64,000 nucleotides of DNA, from NCBI GenBank assembly GCA_963665115.1, contig OY762007.1, positions 4,704,001 through 4,768,000 on the forward strand, given 5' to 3'. Under the pieces are notes generated by a model. The model was not told where the DNA came from. It ran no database searches and worked only from the letters and a program-made list of their open reading frames with translations. The stretch's first letter is position 1, and every line of letters begins with the position of its first letter. This stretch comes from an uncultured Rivularia sp. (GTDB lineage: Bacteria; Cyanobacteriota; Cyanobacteriia; Cyanobacteriales; Nostocaceae). Shown here in pieces: positions 32,503-43,662 of this stretch. The position numbers and the translations under genes are program-made.

Positions 32503-35022
32503 ATGAGAGCAACCACAACCAATTCCAATTTCTACCAAGTAGGAGCGAGTCTCCCGGTTGATGCTCCCAGTTACGTAAAGCGTCAAGCAGATGAGGAATT
32601 TTACCAAAAGTTGCAGGCTGGTAAATTTTGCTACGTCCTCAATTCGCGACAAATGGGTAAGTCGAGCTTGCGGGTGCAGACTATGCAGCGATTACAAAAA
32701 GAAGGAACTGTTTGTGCTGCAATTGATTTGACGGGAATTGGTAAGGTAAGTCAACAACAGTGGTATGGGGGAATTGTTTACAACTTATCGGAAAGCTGTC
32801 AGTTAGAAGATAAATTTGATTTTGATTGGCAGGAATGGTGGCAAAAACATCAAACTATTCTTTCACCAGTGCAATGTTTGAGTTTATTTATTGAAAAGGT
32901 TTTATTAGACAAAATTCAGCAACCAATAGTCATTTTTGTGGATGAAATTGACAAGGTGCTGAGTCAAGATTTTTCCACTGATGATTTTTTTGCACTAATT
33001 CGCTTCTTTCAGAATCAACGGGTTGATAATCCCATTTTTCAACGATTAACTTTTGCTTTATTAGGGGTAGCGACTCCTGGTGATTTGATTCAGAATAAAA
33101 CCCAAACTCCTTTCAATATTGGGGAAGCAATAGAATTACATGGTTTTGAATTTGATGAAGTTGAACCGTTAATTGATGGGTTGGAAGGAATATTTGATAA
33201 TCCTCAACCGATAATGAGATCAATTCTAGATTGGACAGGAGGACAACCATTTCTGACTCAAAAGTTGTGTAAGTTTATGCTAGAGGAGTCTGAGAAAGAT
33301 AATCCCCATTCTGTTAAAGAAGTTGTAAGATCGAGGATTATTGAAAATTGGGAATCTCAGGACGAACCAGAACATTTACGAACTATCAGGGATAGGATTC
33401 TTTCCTCGGAGCAACGAGCGGGATATTTGTTGGAATTGTACCAGCAGATTCAACAACAAGGAGAAATAGCAGCTAAGAAAAATCTTGAATCGAGTGAATT
33501 AAGATTATCCGGTTTAGTTGTTCAAAGAGAAGGTAATTTAAGGGTTTATAATCGAGTTTATCAACAAGTTTTTAATAAAAATTGGGTTGAAACTCAATTA
33601 AAAAATCTGCGTCCTTATTCCGAAAATTTTAGATTTTGGGTAGCTTCTAAAGGTAAAGATGAATCTCGGCTTTTACAAGGAAAGGCTTTAGTAGATGCTG
33701 AAGAATGGGCTAAAGATAAAAGTTTAGGTTATGAAGATAAACAGTTTTTAGCTGCTAGTAGAGAGAAGGAAATTCAAGAGAAAATCGCTGCTGAGAAACA
33801 AGAAGCCCAATTGGAGAGGGAGAGAAAGGATAAGGAAGCAGTAGAAAAGATAAATTTGGTGTTGAGTGAAGCGAATAAGAAAGCTAAACGACGGATTCGG
33901 AGTGGAAGTTTAGTTTTAGTTTTGACTGTATTGGGAGCGATCGCTTCAGTCACTTATGGTGTTAACTTGGTTAACACCATTAGAACAGAAATTGAAAATA
34001 TCAAGAAATCGCAGGAAAATTTTTCAACTCTTGCTGAACTAGGTGCAAAACTTGGAGCTAACGGTAAATCAGATGAAGCAGCTAAGGTAAGAGAACAAGT
34101 AGGTTTAGCTTATCAAGTTCAAGAAAAATTCAAACAGCGTGAACTCACGCAAGCACTGCTGTTTGCTTCTATTAGTACAGCACATCAGCAACTGGAAGAG
34201 TGGGATAAGGCTGAAAAAGCCATTAACCGAAGCTTTAATCTGTTGGAGTCAACAAATCCATCCAAAGCAGAAAATTTACAAACTCAAGTATTTGCTTCCT
34301 TGGTAAAAGCCAATTTACTTACAAATCAAGAAAACAATAAACAACAAGCAATAAATGCTTATACAGCAGCATATAAAACTCTAAAAAATCATCCCAAAGA
34401 AACAAACCCTTTTGAAAACAATCAAATTATTACAACTGAAGATATCGAATCAGTTCATCGAGGATTACTTGAGTTACAGCCAAATCGCGATCAAGATGTT
34501 TGGAATTCTCTCAAAGAACACTTTTATGCTAGATTAGAAAACTCTTTGAAATCAAAAGATTGGAGAGCAGCCGACATCACAACTGATACACTTATGCTCT
34601 TTATTGCTGATAGAGAAAAAGAAAGATATCTCGATATCCCACAAATTGAGAAATTTTCCTGTACTGAACTCAAAAAAATGGATGACTTATGGGTAAAAAA
34701 TTCCAATGGAAATTTTGGTTTCAGCGTGCAAAAGGAAATTTGGGTTAAGACAAAAAATAGATTGGGTGTTAAGCCATCAGATTGGAATGAGAACGACTAT
34801 ATAAATTATTTGCGTTTCGCTAACGCTGTTGGGTGGTACAATATTGGAAACAAGAATGAAAGAGAGTCCGGTTTTGTGGGGTACAATGACTACATAAAGA
34901 CAGTAAAAGATGACCCTCTAAGCCCTAAGATACGAGGAGGGCTACCTCTACCTGGAAGCGACGAAGATTACAAAGCGATGGAGGAGGGGGAGGGAGTTCT
35001 TTTCTCGCGCTGCGACTTGTAA
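32503..35022 (+). CDS. AAA_35-type NTPase with TM helix and C-terminal GUN4-like domain
   Basis: NSRQMGKSSL, VDEID, TPFNIG and WTGGQPFLTQ; DDLWVKNSNGNFGFSVQKEIW. Confidence 0.88.
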   Translation: MRATTTNSNFYQVGASLPVDAPSYVKRQADEEFYQKLQAGKFCYVLNSRQMGKSSLRVQTMQRLQKEGTVCAAIDLTGIGKVSQQQWYGGIVYNLSESCQLEDKFDFDWQEWWQKHQTILSPVQCLSLFIEKVLLDKIQQPIVIFVDEIDKVLSQDFSTDDFFALIRFFQNQRVDNPIFQRLTFALLGVATPGDLIQNKTQTPFNIGEAIELHGFEFDEVEPLIDGLEGIFDNPQPIMRSILDWTGGQPFLTQKLCKFMLEESEKDNPHSVKEVVRSRIIENWESQDEPEHLRTIRDRILSSEQRAGYLLELYQQIQQQGEIAAKKNLESSELRLSGLVVQREGNLRVYNRVYQQVFNKNWVETQLKNLRPYSENFRFWVASKGKDESRLLQGKALVDAEEWAKDKSLGYEDKQFLAASREKEIQEKIAAEKQEAQLERERKDKEAVEKINLVLSEANKKAKRRIRSGSLVLVLTVLGAIASVTYGVNLVNTIRTEIENIKKSQENFSTLAELGAKLGANGKSDEAAKVREQVGLAYQVQEKFKQRELTQALLFASISTAHQQLEEWDKAEKAINRSFNLLESTNPSKAENLQTQVFASLVKANLLTNQENNKQQAINAYTAAYKTLKNHPKETNPFENNQIITTEDIESVHRGLLELQPNRDQDVWNSLKEHFYARLENSLKSKDWRAADITTDTLMLFIADREKERYLDIPQIEKFSCTELKKMDDLWVKNSNGNFGFSVQKEIWVKTKNRLGVKPSDWNENDYINYLRFANAVGWYNIGNKNERESGFVGYNDYIKTVKDDPLSPKIRGGLPLPGSDEDYKAMEEGEGVLFSRCDL

Positions 35023-35151
35023 ACTGTAACATATAAGCGTCCCAGTTCTTTATTAAAATTTGTAAATAGAAGTTTTTTTACGAAATCATAGGCTTTTCAA
35101 GAATCCGATACCTGGCACCAAAGTCAATTAACAATTATCAATGTTCAGTTC

Positions 35152-35343
35152 TCAAGCATCATCGAAAAACTGAGCCGCAATTTTGGGGTCATAACAATTA
35201 GCCATCACAAACTTTTCAGCTACCTGGCTCACTTCGCTATCTACAACTTCCCAATCATCCCAAGGTAGTCGCATTTTTCCTGGTAATGTTTTATTCTTCC
35301 TCTTACCCTTCGCTACTTTTGGCAGCAACTTATACTGTTTCAC
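35152..35343 (-). CDS. Small hypothetical protein or gene fragment
   Basis: 63-aa ORF with GTG start; no recognised motif. Confidence 0.3.
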   Translation of the reverse strand: MKQYKLLPKVAKGKRKNKTLPGKMRLPWDDWEVVDSEVSQVAEKFVMANCYDPKIAAQFFDDA

Positions 35344-35542
35344 GAAATTATTGATACAAATGGAAATATATGGAGACGTTGCAGTGCAACGTCTCTACAC
35401 AGTTTATATGTATCATGATTAATGTGAAATGGTATTACTTCCCCAGTGGTAGTTTTTCTCAGGTTTGGGTTTCAGTTTGTAGTCAAGCATGGCAGCAAAT
35501 GGCATAAACTGCCATAATAAAGTTAAATAGTTTGAGCTAACC

Positions 35543-35815
35543 ATGAAAAGTATTAATATTTCTCTACCGGATACGATGCGTGCTTACATAGAGAAGCAGG
35601 TTGCAGGTGGTGGTTATAGTACTATTAGCGAATATTTCCGTGAGTTAGTGCGTCAAGACCAAAAACGTCAAGAGAAGGAACGTTTAGAGACTTTATTGCT
35701 AGAAGGATTAAATTCTGGAAGTGCAACACCATTAACTGAACAAGATTGGGATGATATTCGTCAAGCGGTGCAATCAAAAGTTCAAGGGGACAAAGGTTTA
35801 AATACCAATGGGTAA
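35543..35815 (+). CDS. ParD-like ribbon-helix-helix antitoxin
   Basis: MKSINISLP...GGYSTISEYFRELVR...LLEGLNSG. Confidence 0.88.
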   Translation: MKSINISLPDTMRAYIEKQVAGGGYSTISEYFRELVRQDQKRQEKERLETLLLEGLNSGSATPLTEQDWDDIRQAVQSKVQGDKGLNTNG

Positions 35816-36137
35816 TGTTTATAAACATCCCCAGGTTATCCGTGACTTAATTGATTTAGCGACTTATATTGCTGCTGATAATATGGATGTTTCGGATAAA
35901 TTCTTGGCTGCTGCTGAAGAAACTTTTAAACTGTTAGCTCAAACGCCAAAAATGGGCAGGGTACGCGAGTTTGATAATCCCAATTTAGCTAATGTTCGTC
36001 AACAACCAATTAAGGGTTTTAGAAATTATTTAGTCTTTTATCGGACAAGAGATACTGATATAGAAATTTTGAGAGTTCTACATGGTCGAAGAGATATTAA
36101 TGCTATTTTAGATGAAGACTTAGGAGAAGAAAGTTAG
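35808..36137 (+). CDS. ParE/RelE family toxin
   Basis: DLIDLATYIA, PKMGR, YLVFYR and EILRVLHGRRD; overlaps the antitoxin gene. Confidence 0.88.
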   Translation: MGNVYKHPQVIRDLIDLATYIAADNMDVSDKFLAAAEETFKLLAQTPKMGRVREFDNPNLANVRQQPIKGFRNYLVFYRTRDTDIEILRVLHGRRDINAILDEDLGEES

Positions 36138-36170
36138 CTAAAACTTGATTAAGTTTGTAGTTTGTAGTTA

Positions 36171-36372
36171 GTAGGTTGGGTTAGACACGGAAGCCAATTT
36201 AACTTGTAACGAGAATTTATCTTAATCGTATCGTAACCCAACATTACAGTTGTCAATTTAGGATGAGAATCTAAAATCTTGTAAAATAACTCGGATTAGA
36301 TGTTGGGTTACGGCGCAAGTAAAAATTATCTATTAAAAACTTTACCTTTTGGTGCGCCTAACCCAACCTACG
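36171..36372. repeat. Composite REP-like element
   Basis: GTAGGTTGGGTTAG...CTAACCCAACCTAC outer inverted repeat and inner CGTAACCCAACA/TGTTGGGTTACG pair. Confidence 0.75.
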
Positions 36373-36445
36373 AAATCATTAACAACTAACAACTAACTCT
36401 CAGTCTGCGCTACTGTAATAGTTGAAGTCTTATAAATAATTTCCC

Positions 36446-37786
36446 GTGCTGCACTGTAAATATCCAGGTGTATTTTTAAGTTTGGCTGTCTTACTCTCAA
36501 CCTTAACGGGTTGTGCAAATGCTCCCTTTGCAAAAAATCTTGAGCAATCTTTGCAAGCTGATTCTAGACTCGAAGATAACCCAGCTATTTTCGGTGCGAA
36601 ACAAGTAAGCAGCACTCCCTCACCGTCTGCAAAAACTTTACCTGCTGATTTTCCTAAAGAAATTCCTATATATCCCAACGCACAATTACAATCAGTTAAC
36701 CCAAGTAGCAATAATACTGGTAAAACATCTGCTCGCTTCTCTAGTTCAGATCCTAGTAATTTTATAGCTGATTTTTATCGCAAAGAATTTAGATCGAATA
36801 AATGGGAAGTTATAAAATCACCTACTGATGGGCAAGGAGAATTTGAAGCAGAGCGTAATAATTCAGAAATTAAAGTTGCTATCGAACCGAAAACTGTCAC
36901 AAACCCACAACCAAACCAACCCCAAACAACTACTGAATTGGTAATTGAGTATTCACCTAGTACCACAGCGCAAACTACATCAACTCCAACTGCTTCAAAC
37001 ACAACAAACCCGGATTTTATCGGCCCCATACAGCCTGAAAATACAGCGAATCTACCACCACAAACTACCCCTCAAACAATTGAGTCGAAGGAATTTGACG
37101 ATATAAACAAAGCACCTCAACAATTACAGCCATATATTCAGGATTTAGCAACATTAGGTGTTGTTACTGCTCCAACTAATACTGCTAAAACTAATAATCC
37201 TGCAAACCAATTTCAACCCAATACAAATATTACTCGTCGGGAATATGCTCGTTGGTTAGCTACTGCTAATAACGCAATACACGCCAATTCACCTTCCAAG
37301 CAAATTCGCTTAGCTAGTGAAAATAATAAAAGTGCTTTTAGCGATGTGAAAAATACAGATCCAGATTTTGGTGCAATTCAAGGATTAGCCGAAGCTGGAT
37401 TAATTCCTAGTGCCTTATCCGGTGATTCTACCCAAGTATTATTTCGTCCCGATGCACCTTTAACCCGAGAACAAATGCTTTTGTGGAAAATTCCTTTGGA
37501 TACCCGTCAAGGTTTACCGAATGCTTCCATAGATACAGTTAAACAAACTTGGGGTTTTCAAGATACAGGAAAAATCGACCCCAAAGCCTTACGAGCAGTA
37601 ATTGCAGATTATCAAAATGGCGAAAATTCAAACATTCGTAGAGTATTCGGCTACACAACATTATTTCAACCAAAAAAAGCTGTAACTCGCGCTGAATCTG
37701 CTGCTGCTTTATGGTATTTCGGTACAGAAGGTGAAGGAATATCGGCAAAAGAAGCTTTGAAATTAAGTCAGGGGAATGGGGAATAG
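36446..37786 (+). CDS. S-layer homology domain lipoprotein
   Basis: LTGC lipobox; FQPNTNITRREYA, FRPDAPLTREQ and FQPKKAVTRAE SLH repeats. Confidence 0.88.
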   Translation: MLHCKYPGVFLSLAVLLSTLTGCANAPFAKNLEQSLQADSRLEDNPAIFGAKQVSSTPSPSAKTLPADFPKEIPIYPNAQLQSVNPSSNNTGKTSARFSSSDPSNFIADFYRKEFRSNKWEVIKSPTDGQGEFEAERNNSEIKVAIEPKTVTNPQPNQPQTTTELVIEYSPSTTAQTTSTPTASNTTNPDFIGPIQPENTANLPPQTTPQTIESKEFDDINKAPQQLQPYIQDLATLGVVTAPTNTAKTNNPANQFQPNTNITRREYARWLATANNAIHANSPSKQIRLASENNKSAFSDVKNTDPDFGAIQGLAEAGLIPSALSGDSTQVLFRPDAPLTREQMLLWKIPLDTRQGLPNASIDTVKQTWGFQDTGKIDPKALRAVIADYQNGENSNIRRVFGYTTLFQPKKAVTRAESAAALWYFGTEGEGISAKEALKLSQGNGE

Positions 37787-38104
37787 GTAATTTGTAATTG
37801 TTAATAGCAACGCCAGAATATCAATAAAAAGCTATTTCAATTAAAGTTGTAAATATCGGAATATACTTAGAGCGTTAGTAATATTCCGCAATTATGCAAA
37901 AAATATAAATATTTAACTATATCTTCATAAAATATTTGTTAATTATAAAAACCTTATAAGGATATAATTGCTGAGTAATTATACGGTTATCTATATAATA
38001 TTAATAAAAAATCTATAACTGCGTAAAAGTGTTGACAGAATAGGCTTTAAAATTCCTCTTTTGCTTGCAGTGGTTTGCGTAATATCCTAATCAACAGTAA
38101 TACT

Positions 38105-39160
38105 ATGAAAAAAGCATTCGCAACGGCAGGATTTGTTCTCTTCTCATTTATGCTGCCTTGCAAAGCAATGGCTAGCAATTTTAGTCAATTCTACGTATTT
38201 GGCGATAGCCTTTCAGATACAGGTAATTTATTTAATGCTACGGGAGGTTTAGAAAATCCCGAAAGTGCATTTCCTCCCAGCCCTCCTTACTCTGAAGGAC
38301 GTTTTTCTAATGGTGATATATGGGTAAATTTTGTTGGAGACGAGATAGGATTAACTCCAACTACATTCATACCACCGCAAACAAATATTCCTACAGATGG
38401 TGTTAACTTCGCTGTTGGTGGTTCTTCTTCTGGTTTAAATAACGCTTTTTTCCCAGATTTACCTTTACCGGGAGTTTTAGGACAAGTCGGCTTATTTACC
38501 CAAACCTTACAAGCAAATAATCAAAAAGCAGACCCAAATGCACTTTATACCGTGTGGGGAGGTGCCAATGATTACTTATTTGGTGGTGAAACAGACCCCA
38601 ATCAAACAGTCAGCAATTTATCAAATGCGGTTGGAGCCTTGACTCAAGCAGGTGCTAAGAATATTGCGGTATTTAACTTACCAGATTTAGGTAAAACTCC
38701 ATTTGCGATACGCGAAGCGTCAAGCCCTGGGCTTATCGCCAACAACTCTTTCGCACAATTGTCTCAACTTACCAACGCTCATAACGCAGCCTTAGAGAAA
38801 GCTTTGAAAAATTTGAGTGCTAATCCAGATGTTAATATTATTCCTGTTAACATCAATTCTCTACTGAATCGAGCAGTAGCCAATCCAGGAGAATTTGGTT
38901 TTACACAAAATCCAGCTATTCCTTGTGTCGTAGGAGACTTCAATAATATTAGTAGCGTATGCGATAATCCTGATGAATTTATCTTCTTCGATGCAGTGCA
39001 TCCAAGTTCAAAAAGTCATCGCTTAGTAGCAGATGCAACGCTGAGTGCAATCAAGCATGAAACTGTACCCGAACCTTCCACAATATTAAGTATGTTAGCT
39101 ATTGGTGCTATAGGTACGGTAGGAGTATTGAAGCGCAAACGCACAAAATTATTGCGATAA
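38105..39160 (+). CDS. SGNH/GDSL hydrolase with PEP-CTERM sorting signal
   Basis: FGDSLSDTGN, GANDY and FDAVHP; VPEP + TM helix + basic tail. Confidence 0.92.
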   Translation: MKKAFATAGFVLFSFMLPCKAMASNFSQFYVFGDSLSDTGNLFNATGGLENPESAFPPSPPYSEGRFSNGDIWVNFVGDEIGLTPTTFIPPQTNIPTDGVNFAVGGSSSGLNNAFFPDLPLPGVLGQVGLFTQTLQANNQKADPNALYTVWGGANDYLFGGETDPNQTVSNLSNAVGALTQAGAKNIAVFNLPDLGKTPFAIREASSPGLIANNSFAQLSQLTNAHNAALEKALKNLSANPDVNIIPVNINSLLNRAVANPGEFGFTQNPAIPCVVGDFNNISSVCDNPDEFIFFDAVHPSSKSHRLVADATLSAIKHETVPEPSTILSMLAIGAIGTVGVLKRKRTKLLR

Positions 39161-39191
39161 TGTGTATTAATGCCGACGAAATTTTAGATAT

Positions 39192-39396
39192 TAGGTTGGC
39201 TTTGCGGCGTATTTATAAGTATGGCTTTTTACAAATATTTAGTTGAAGCGCCGTAACCCAACATTGCAATTTTTGTATTTTATAAGTATTTAGTAGTCAC
39301 GATAATTTTGAGGGTTAATACATCGGTGGGTTACGACACGATATTATATATTGTCGTTACAACTAAAATTTATTTTTCGCGTCTAACCCAATCTAC
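39192..39396. repeat. Degenerate second copy of the composite REP-like element
   Basis: TAGGTTGG...CGTAACCCAACA...TGGGTTACGA...CTAACCCAATCTAC. Confidence 0.6.
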
Positions 39397-39413
39397 CAAT
39401 CAAAAATTAATTA

Positions 39414-40457
39414 ATGCCAGATTACGACCAATTATTTAAAACAATTGAAGAATTAGTAATGCATCATTCTCCTAGTGGTGCAGAAACTGAAATTAATCAA
39501 TATTTAATGCAGCGATTTACGGCTTTAGGGGTAGAAGTATGGCAAGATAGAGCCGATAATATTATTGCCAAAATTCCGGGAAAAACAAGCGAATATCCGA
39601 TTGCAATTACCGCTCATAAAGATGAAATTGGCGCAATTGTCAAAACTGTTGGTGAAGCAGGTAGAGTTGAAGTTCGTAAATTAGGAGGTGCTTTTCCCTG
39701 GGTTTACGGTGAAGGTGTCGTAGATTTATTAGGCGATAAAGAAACCATTCACGGTGTTCTTAGTTTTGGTTCCCGTCACGTATCTCACGAATCACCACAA
39801 AAAAAGTTTCACCAAGATGTTGCATTGAAATGGGAAGATGCTTGGATTGAAACTAAATGCAGCACTTTAGAGTTAGAAAATGCCGGGATTCGTCCGGGAA
39901 CTCGAATGGTTATAAGTAAGCACCGCAAGCATCCCATTCGTTTAAAAGATTATATTGCTAGCTACACTTTAGATAATAAAGCTTCGGTGACTATACTATT
40001 AGCTTTAGCAGAAAACATAAAACAGCCAGCAGTAGATGTATATTTAGTAGCTTCCGCAAAAGAAGAAGTCGGAGCAATTGGAGCGCTTTATTTTTCTCAA
40101 AATCAGCGATTAGATGCAATGATTGCTTTAGAAATTTGTCCGCTTAGTAACGAATACCCGATAGAAGACGGTGAAAACCCGGTGATACTTTCCCAAGACA
40201 GTTACGGAATTTACGATGAAAATCTCAACGGACAACTTCGCGATTGTGCGAAAAAAATAGATATGTCCGTACAGTTAGCAACTTTGAGCCAATTTGGTAG
40301 CGACGCTTCCATTGCCATGAAATTCGGTCATGTTCCCCGTGGTGCTTGTTTAAGCTTTCCAACTCAAAACACCCACGGATATGAAATTGCACATTTAGGG
40401 GCGATCGCCAACTGTATCGATTTATTAAAAGAATTTTGTGAAACTGAGTATGGATAG
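39414..40457 (+). CDS. M42 family metallopeptidase
   Basis: SPSGAE, AHKDEIG, LDNK, EEVG and THGYE. Confidence 0.9.
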   Translation: MPDYDQLFKTIEELVMHHSPSGAETEINQYLMQRFTALGVEVWQDRADNIIAKIPGKTSEYPIAITAHKDEIGAIVKTVGEAGRVEVRKLGGAFPWVYGEGVVDLLGDKETIHGVLSFGSRHVSHESPQKKFHQDVALKWEDAWIETKCSTLELENAGIRPGTRMVISKHRKHPIRLKDYIASYTLDNKASVTILLALAENIKQPAVDVYLVASAKEEVGAIGALYFSQNQRLDAMIALEICPLSNEYPIEDGENPVILSQDSYGIYDENLNGQLRDCAKKIDMSVQLATLSQFGSDASIAMKFGHVPRGACLSFPTQNTHGYEIAHLGAIANCIDLLKEFCETEYG

Positions 40458-40629
40458 TGGAATTTGGATAGTTGTTAGTAAATAGTGGTTAGTGGTTAGT
40501 GGTTAGTGGATAGTAGAAAAAAACAAATACAACCAACAACTAATTAAGTAACAATGTATTAACCCTCTGAGCTTCAGAGCCGCAATTATCTACAATTAAT
40601 ACAGAGAAAATTAGAACAAACATTTTTAT

Positions 40630-41095
40630 ATGTTGAAAAGCATTGCTGAAGTGATGACTCGCGAGCCAATAACGGTTAAGGCTGAAACTCCTTTGCGCGA
40701 AGCAATTAAAATTCTTGCCGAAAAACGGATTAGCGGCTTACCTGTTGTGGATGATGCAGGTAATTTAATAGGCATTATTTCGGAAACGGACTTGATGTGG
40801 CAACAAGCTGGTGTTACCCCACCGGCATACTTTATGATTTTTGATAGCGTTATTTATTTAAAAAATCCTGTTGAATACGAACGCGAGTTACATAAAGCTT
40901 TGGGGACAAACCGTTGGGGAAGTCATGAGTGAAAAACCCGTTACTATTTCACCCGACAAACCTTTGAGAGAAGCTGCGAAAATAATGCGCGATCGCAAAA
41001 TTCATCGTCTCCCAGTTGTCGATGATTCTGAGAAAGTAATCGGAATGTTGTCATTAAGCGACATTATTCGTGATATGGCACAATCTCAAGCATAG
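40630..41095 (+). CDS. CBS-pair protein, +1 frameshift at 40902-40905
   Basis: ISGLPVVD and IHRLPVVD; removing one G gives LHKALGQTVGEVM. Confidence 0.88.
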
Positions 41096-41206
41096 TTAGT
41101 AGATAGTGGTTAGTGGATAGTTGAAATTTAACTTCTAATAATTAACAACTAACAACTAACAACTAACAATTAATAACGAATAATTTAATAACCAAGAATA
41201 ACTAAT

Positions 41207-41857
41207 ATGAGTATTACTCCAGATTCCGTAAAGAAACAGCTAGAAAGCGAAGATTTGGGCGATCGATTGCGGGGAGTGAATGAAATCCGGGAATTGGAAC
41301 CAGCAATTGGTTTTGAATTAATTCAAAGTGCAATTACAGATCAAAACGCTCGCGTGCGATATTCTGCTGTAAGTCAGTTCGATACTTTGGGTACGCAAGA
41401 TTTAGATAAATCTCTAAATTTGTTACGGGGATTGCTTCAAGATCCTGAAGCTGATGTCAAAGCAGCAGCAGCAGACTGTTTGGGAGGGCTGAAATTAGTC
41501 GCCGCTTTTGACGATTTGCAACAACTTTATCAAACTACAGGTGATTGGATTATCAAATTAAGCGTAGTTGCTGCTTTAGGTGAGTTAGGTGAACCACGGG
41601 GTTTTGAAATACTTAAGCAAGCGCTCACGGAAGATAACGATTTGGTGAAAACTGCTGCAATTAGCTCTATGGGAGAATTAGGAAATACCGAAGCAGTATC
41701 GATTTTAGCTCCCTATGCTTCAGATTCCGATTGGCAAATTCGTTACAGAGTGGCTCAGGCTTTGAATCGGTTGGGTACTCCTGAAACTAAACCTATTTTA
41801 GAAAGTTTGGCGAATGATCAAGTTGAAGCAGTTGCACAAGAAGCAAAGAAAAACTGA
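41207..41857 (+). CDS. nblB: HEAT-repeat phycobilisome degradation protein NblB
   Basis: MSITPDSVK N-terminus, PBS-lyase HEAT repeats, adjacent CBS gene. Confidence 0.8.
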   Translation: MSITPDSVKKQLESEDLGDRLRGVNEIRELEPAIGFELIQSAITDQNARVRYSAVSQFDTLGTQDLDKSLNLLRGLLQDPEADVKAAAADCLGGLKLVAAFDDLQQLYQTTGDWIIKLSVVAALGELGEPRGFEILKQALTEDNDLVKTAAISSMGELGNTEAVSILAPYASDSDWQIRYRVAQALNRLGTPETKPILESLANDQVEAVAQEAKKN

Positions 41858-41938
41858 TGGTGGTTAGTAGATAGTGATTAGTAGAAAAATTCACAACTAA
41901 CAACCAACAACCAACAACTAACAACTAACAATTAACCA

Positions 41939-42325
41939 CTAATTTTGCTTTGATTTTAAATACTGACGCAAACTAAACAAACTTGCTGTTTGACCTAAAG
42001 AAAGCGGTAAAAGAGATATTCCTTCTAAACGAGACTGCACCCAACCTTCTCCCCAATACCACTCATGGAAGCCGTCAATTCCCTGACTCAGTAGTAAACG
42101 CAAGCTGTTAGAAGAAGCTACTTCTACTTGGCTTAGAATTGTAATAGGTCCGATATGGGTGGTAAACTCAAATCCAGAATCTAGTTGTTCTGGCATTCCA
42201 GTAGGAAATTTACCGCTAGGCAACCATTTTCCTAACTGCATTGGATGCAACAGGCTTTCACCGATTGCTTGCTGGGATGCATCTACTTCTATCCGCAGTT
42301 GACTTGTTTGAAAATTACCGAGCAT
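41939..42325 (-). CDS. Cyanobacterial hypothetical protein
   Basis: GIDGFHEWYWGEGWVQSRLEG motif; 128 aa. Confidence 0.75.
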   Translation of the reverse strand: MLGNFQTSQLRIEVDASQQAIGESLLHPMQLGKWLPSGKFPTGMPEQLDSGFEFTTHIGPITILSQVEVASSNSLRLLLSQGIDGFHEWYWGEGWVQSRLEGISLLPLSLGQTASLFSLRQYLKSKQN

Positions 42326-42598
42326 TTTTCGTTCCTCCGAGTTCAGCAGTTATTCTCTGAAGGGGAAACCTCAAGATACTGCTTCAACTTAATTATTTGA
42401 ATTATTAATATAGTATGGCAAATACAAGCATATCTCGGCGCAAAAACTTAGTTAATGCTTTGATATTGAAAAAAATTACGCTTGACGAAATAGAGTTTTA
42501 TTTTGTGTTTGATGAGCGTTTCGATAATATCCCATCTTCAGAAAATAAACATCTTACAATATAGAAAGTTTGTATATTAAGAAGTGTAAGGTTGATTA

Positions 42599-43504
42599 AT
42601 GGCGGATCAATTAATTCGCGCCACAGCAGCGGACGGTGGAATTCGTGCAGTAGGTGCTATTACTACAAAGTTGACCTCTGTTGCCCGAGAACGTCACAAA
42701 CTTTCCTATGTGGCGACAGCGGCTTTAGGTCGGACAATGACGGCAGGCTTGTTAATGGCTTCTAGCATGAAGCGAGTCGGTTCAAGGGTTAACGTCCGAA
42801 TAAAAGGTGATGGTCCTTTGGGCGGTATTTTGGTTGATGCAGGATTAGATGGAACTGTACGCGGCTACGTCGGAAACCCTAATGTAGAATTGCCTCCTAA
42901 CCGATACGGTAAATTAGATGTTGGGGGTGCTGTTGGTAAAGGTTTTCTATATCTAGTTCGCGATGTTGGTTTTGGCTATCCTTATTCGAGTACCGTAGAA
43001 CTAGTTTCTGGGGAAGTGGGAGAGGATATAGCTCATTACTTAGTAAGTTCCGAGCAAACACCTTCGGCTATTGTTTTAGGTGTATTTGTAGGAGCGCAAG
43101 GAGTTACTGCATCAGGAGGTTTGCTAGTTCAAGTTTTACCTAAAGCCGCTAGAGATGAAGCTTTAGTAGAAATATTAGAATCGCGTGTATCAGCCCTTCA
43201 AGGATTTACACCTTTGTTGCAAGCCGGAAAAAATCTCACCGAAATCTTTCAAGATTTATTAGGAGACATGGGGCTGCATATTTTTCCGGAATCCCAAATT
43301 TTACGGTTTAATTGTGGCTGTTCTTTTGACAGAATGTTAGGAGCTTTAAAAATATTTGGGGAAACTGAACTGCAAGATATGATTGCTAAAGATAATGGTG
43401 CGGAAGCTAAATGTGAATTTTGTGGCGAGGTATACCAAGCCAGTAGCGACCAATTAGCCCAGCTAATTGCCGATCTGCAAGCTGAGTCTTCGGTTTCTCA
43501 ATAG
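42599..43504 (+). CDS. hslO: Redox-regulated chaperone Hsp33
   Basis: ALGRT, SEQTPS and CGCS...CEFC zinc motifs. Confidence 0.95.
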   Translation: MADQLIRATAADGGIRAVGAITTKLTSVARERHKLSYVATAALGRTMTAGLLMASSMKRVGSRVNVRIKGDGPLGGILVDAGLDGTVRGYVGNPNVELPPNRYGKLDVGGAVGKGFLYLVRDVGFGYPYSSTVELVSGEVGEDIAHYLVSSEQTPSAIVLGVFVGAQGVTASGGLLVQVLPKAARDEALVEILESRVSALQGFTPLLQAGKNLTEIFQDLLGDMGLHIFPESQILRFNCGCSFDRMLGALKIFGETELQDMIAKDNGAEAKCEFCGEVYQASSDQLAQLIADLQAESSVSQ

Positions 43505-43662
43505 CCGTATAAAATAATACTGATAGAAGCTGTAAAGTAATGGTATCTATGGAGATATAATGCTGTAAAAATAGCTTTTTCTATTTAGATAAAATTGCTA
43601 TAGTAACAGCTTACCGCTTCCTCAAGTCAACAAACCCCTGTTAATATAATTTGGTGTGAGAG

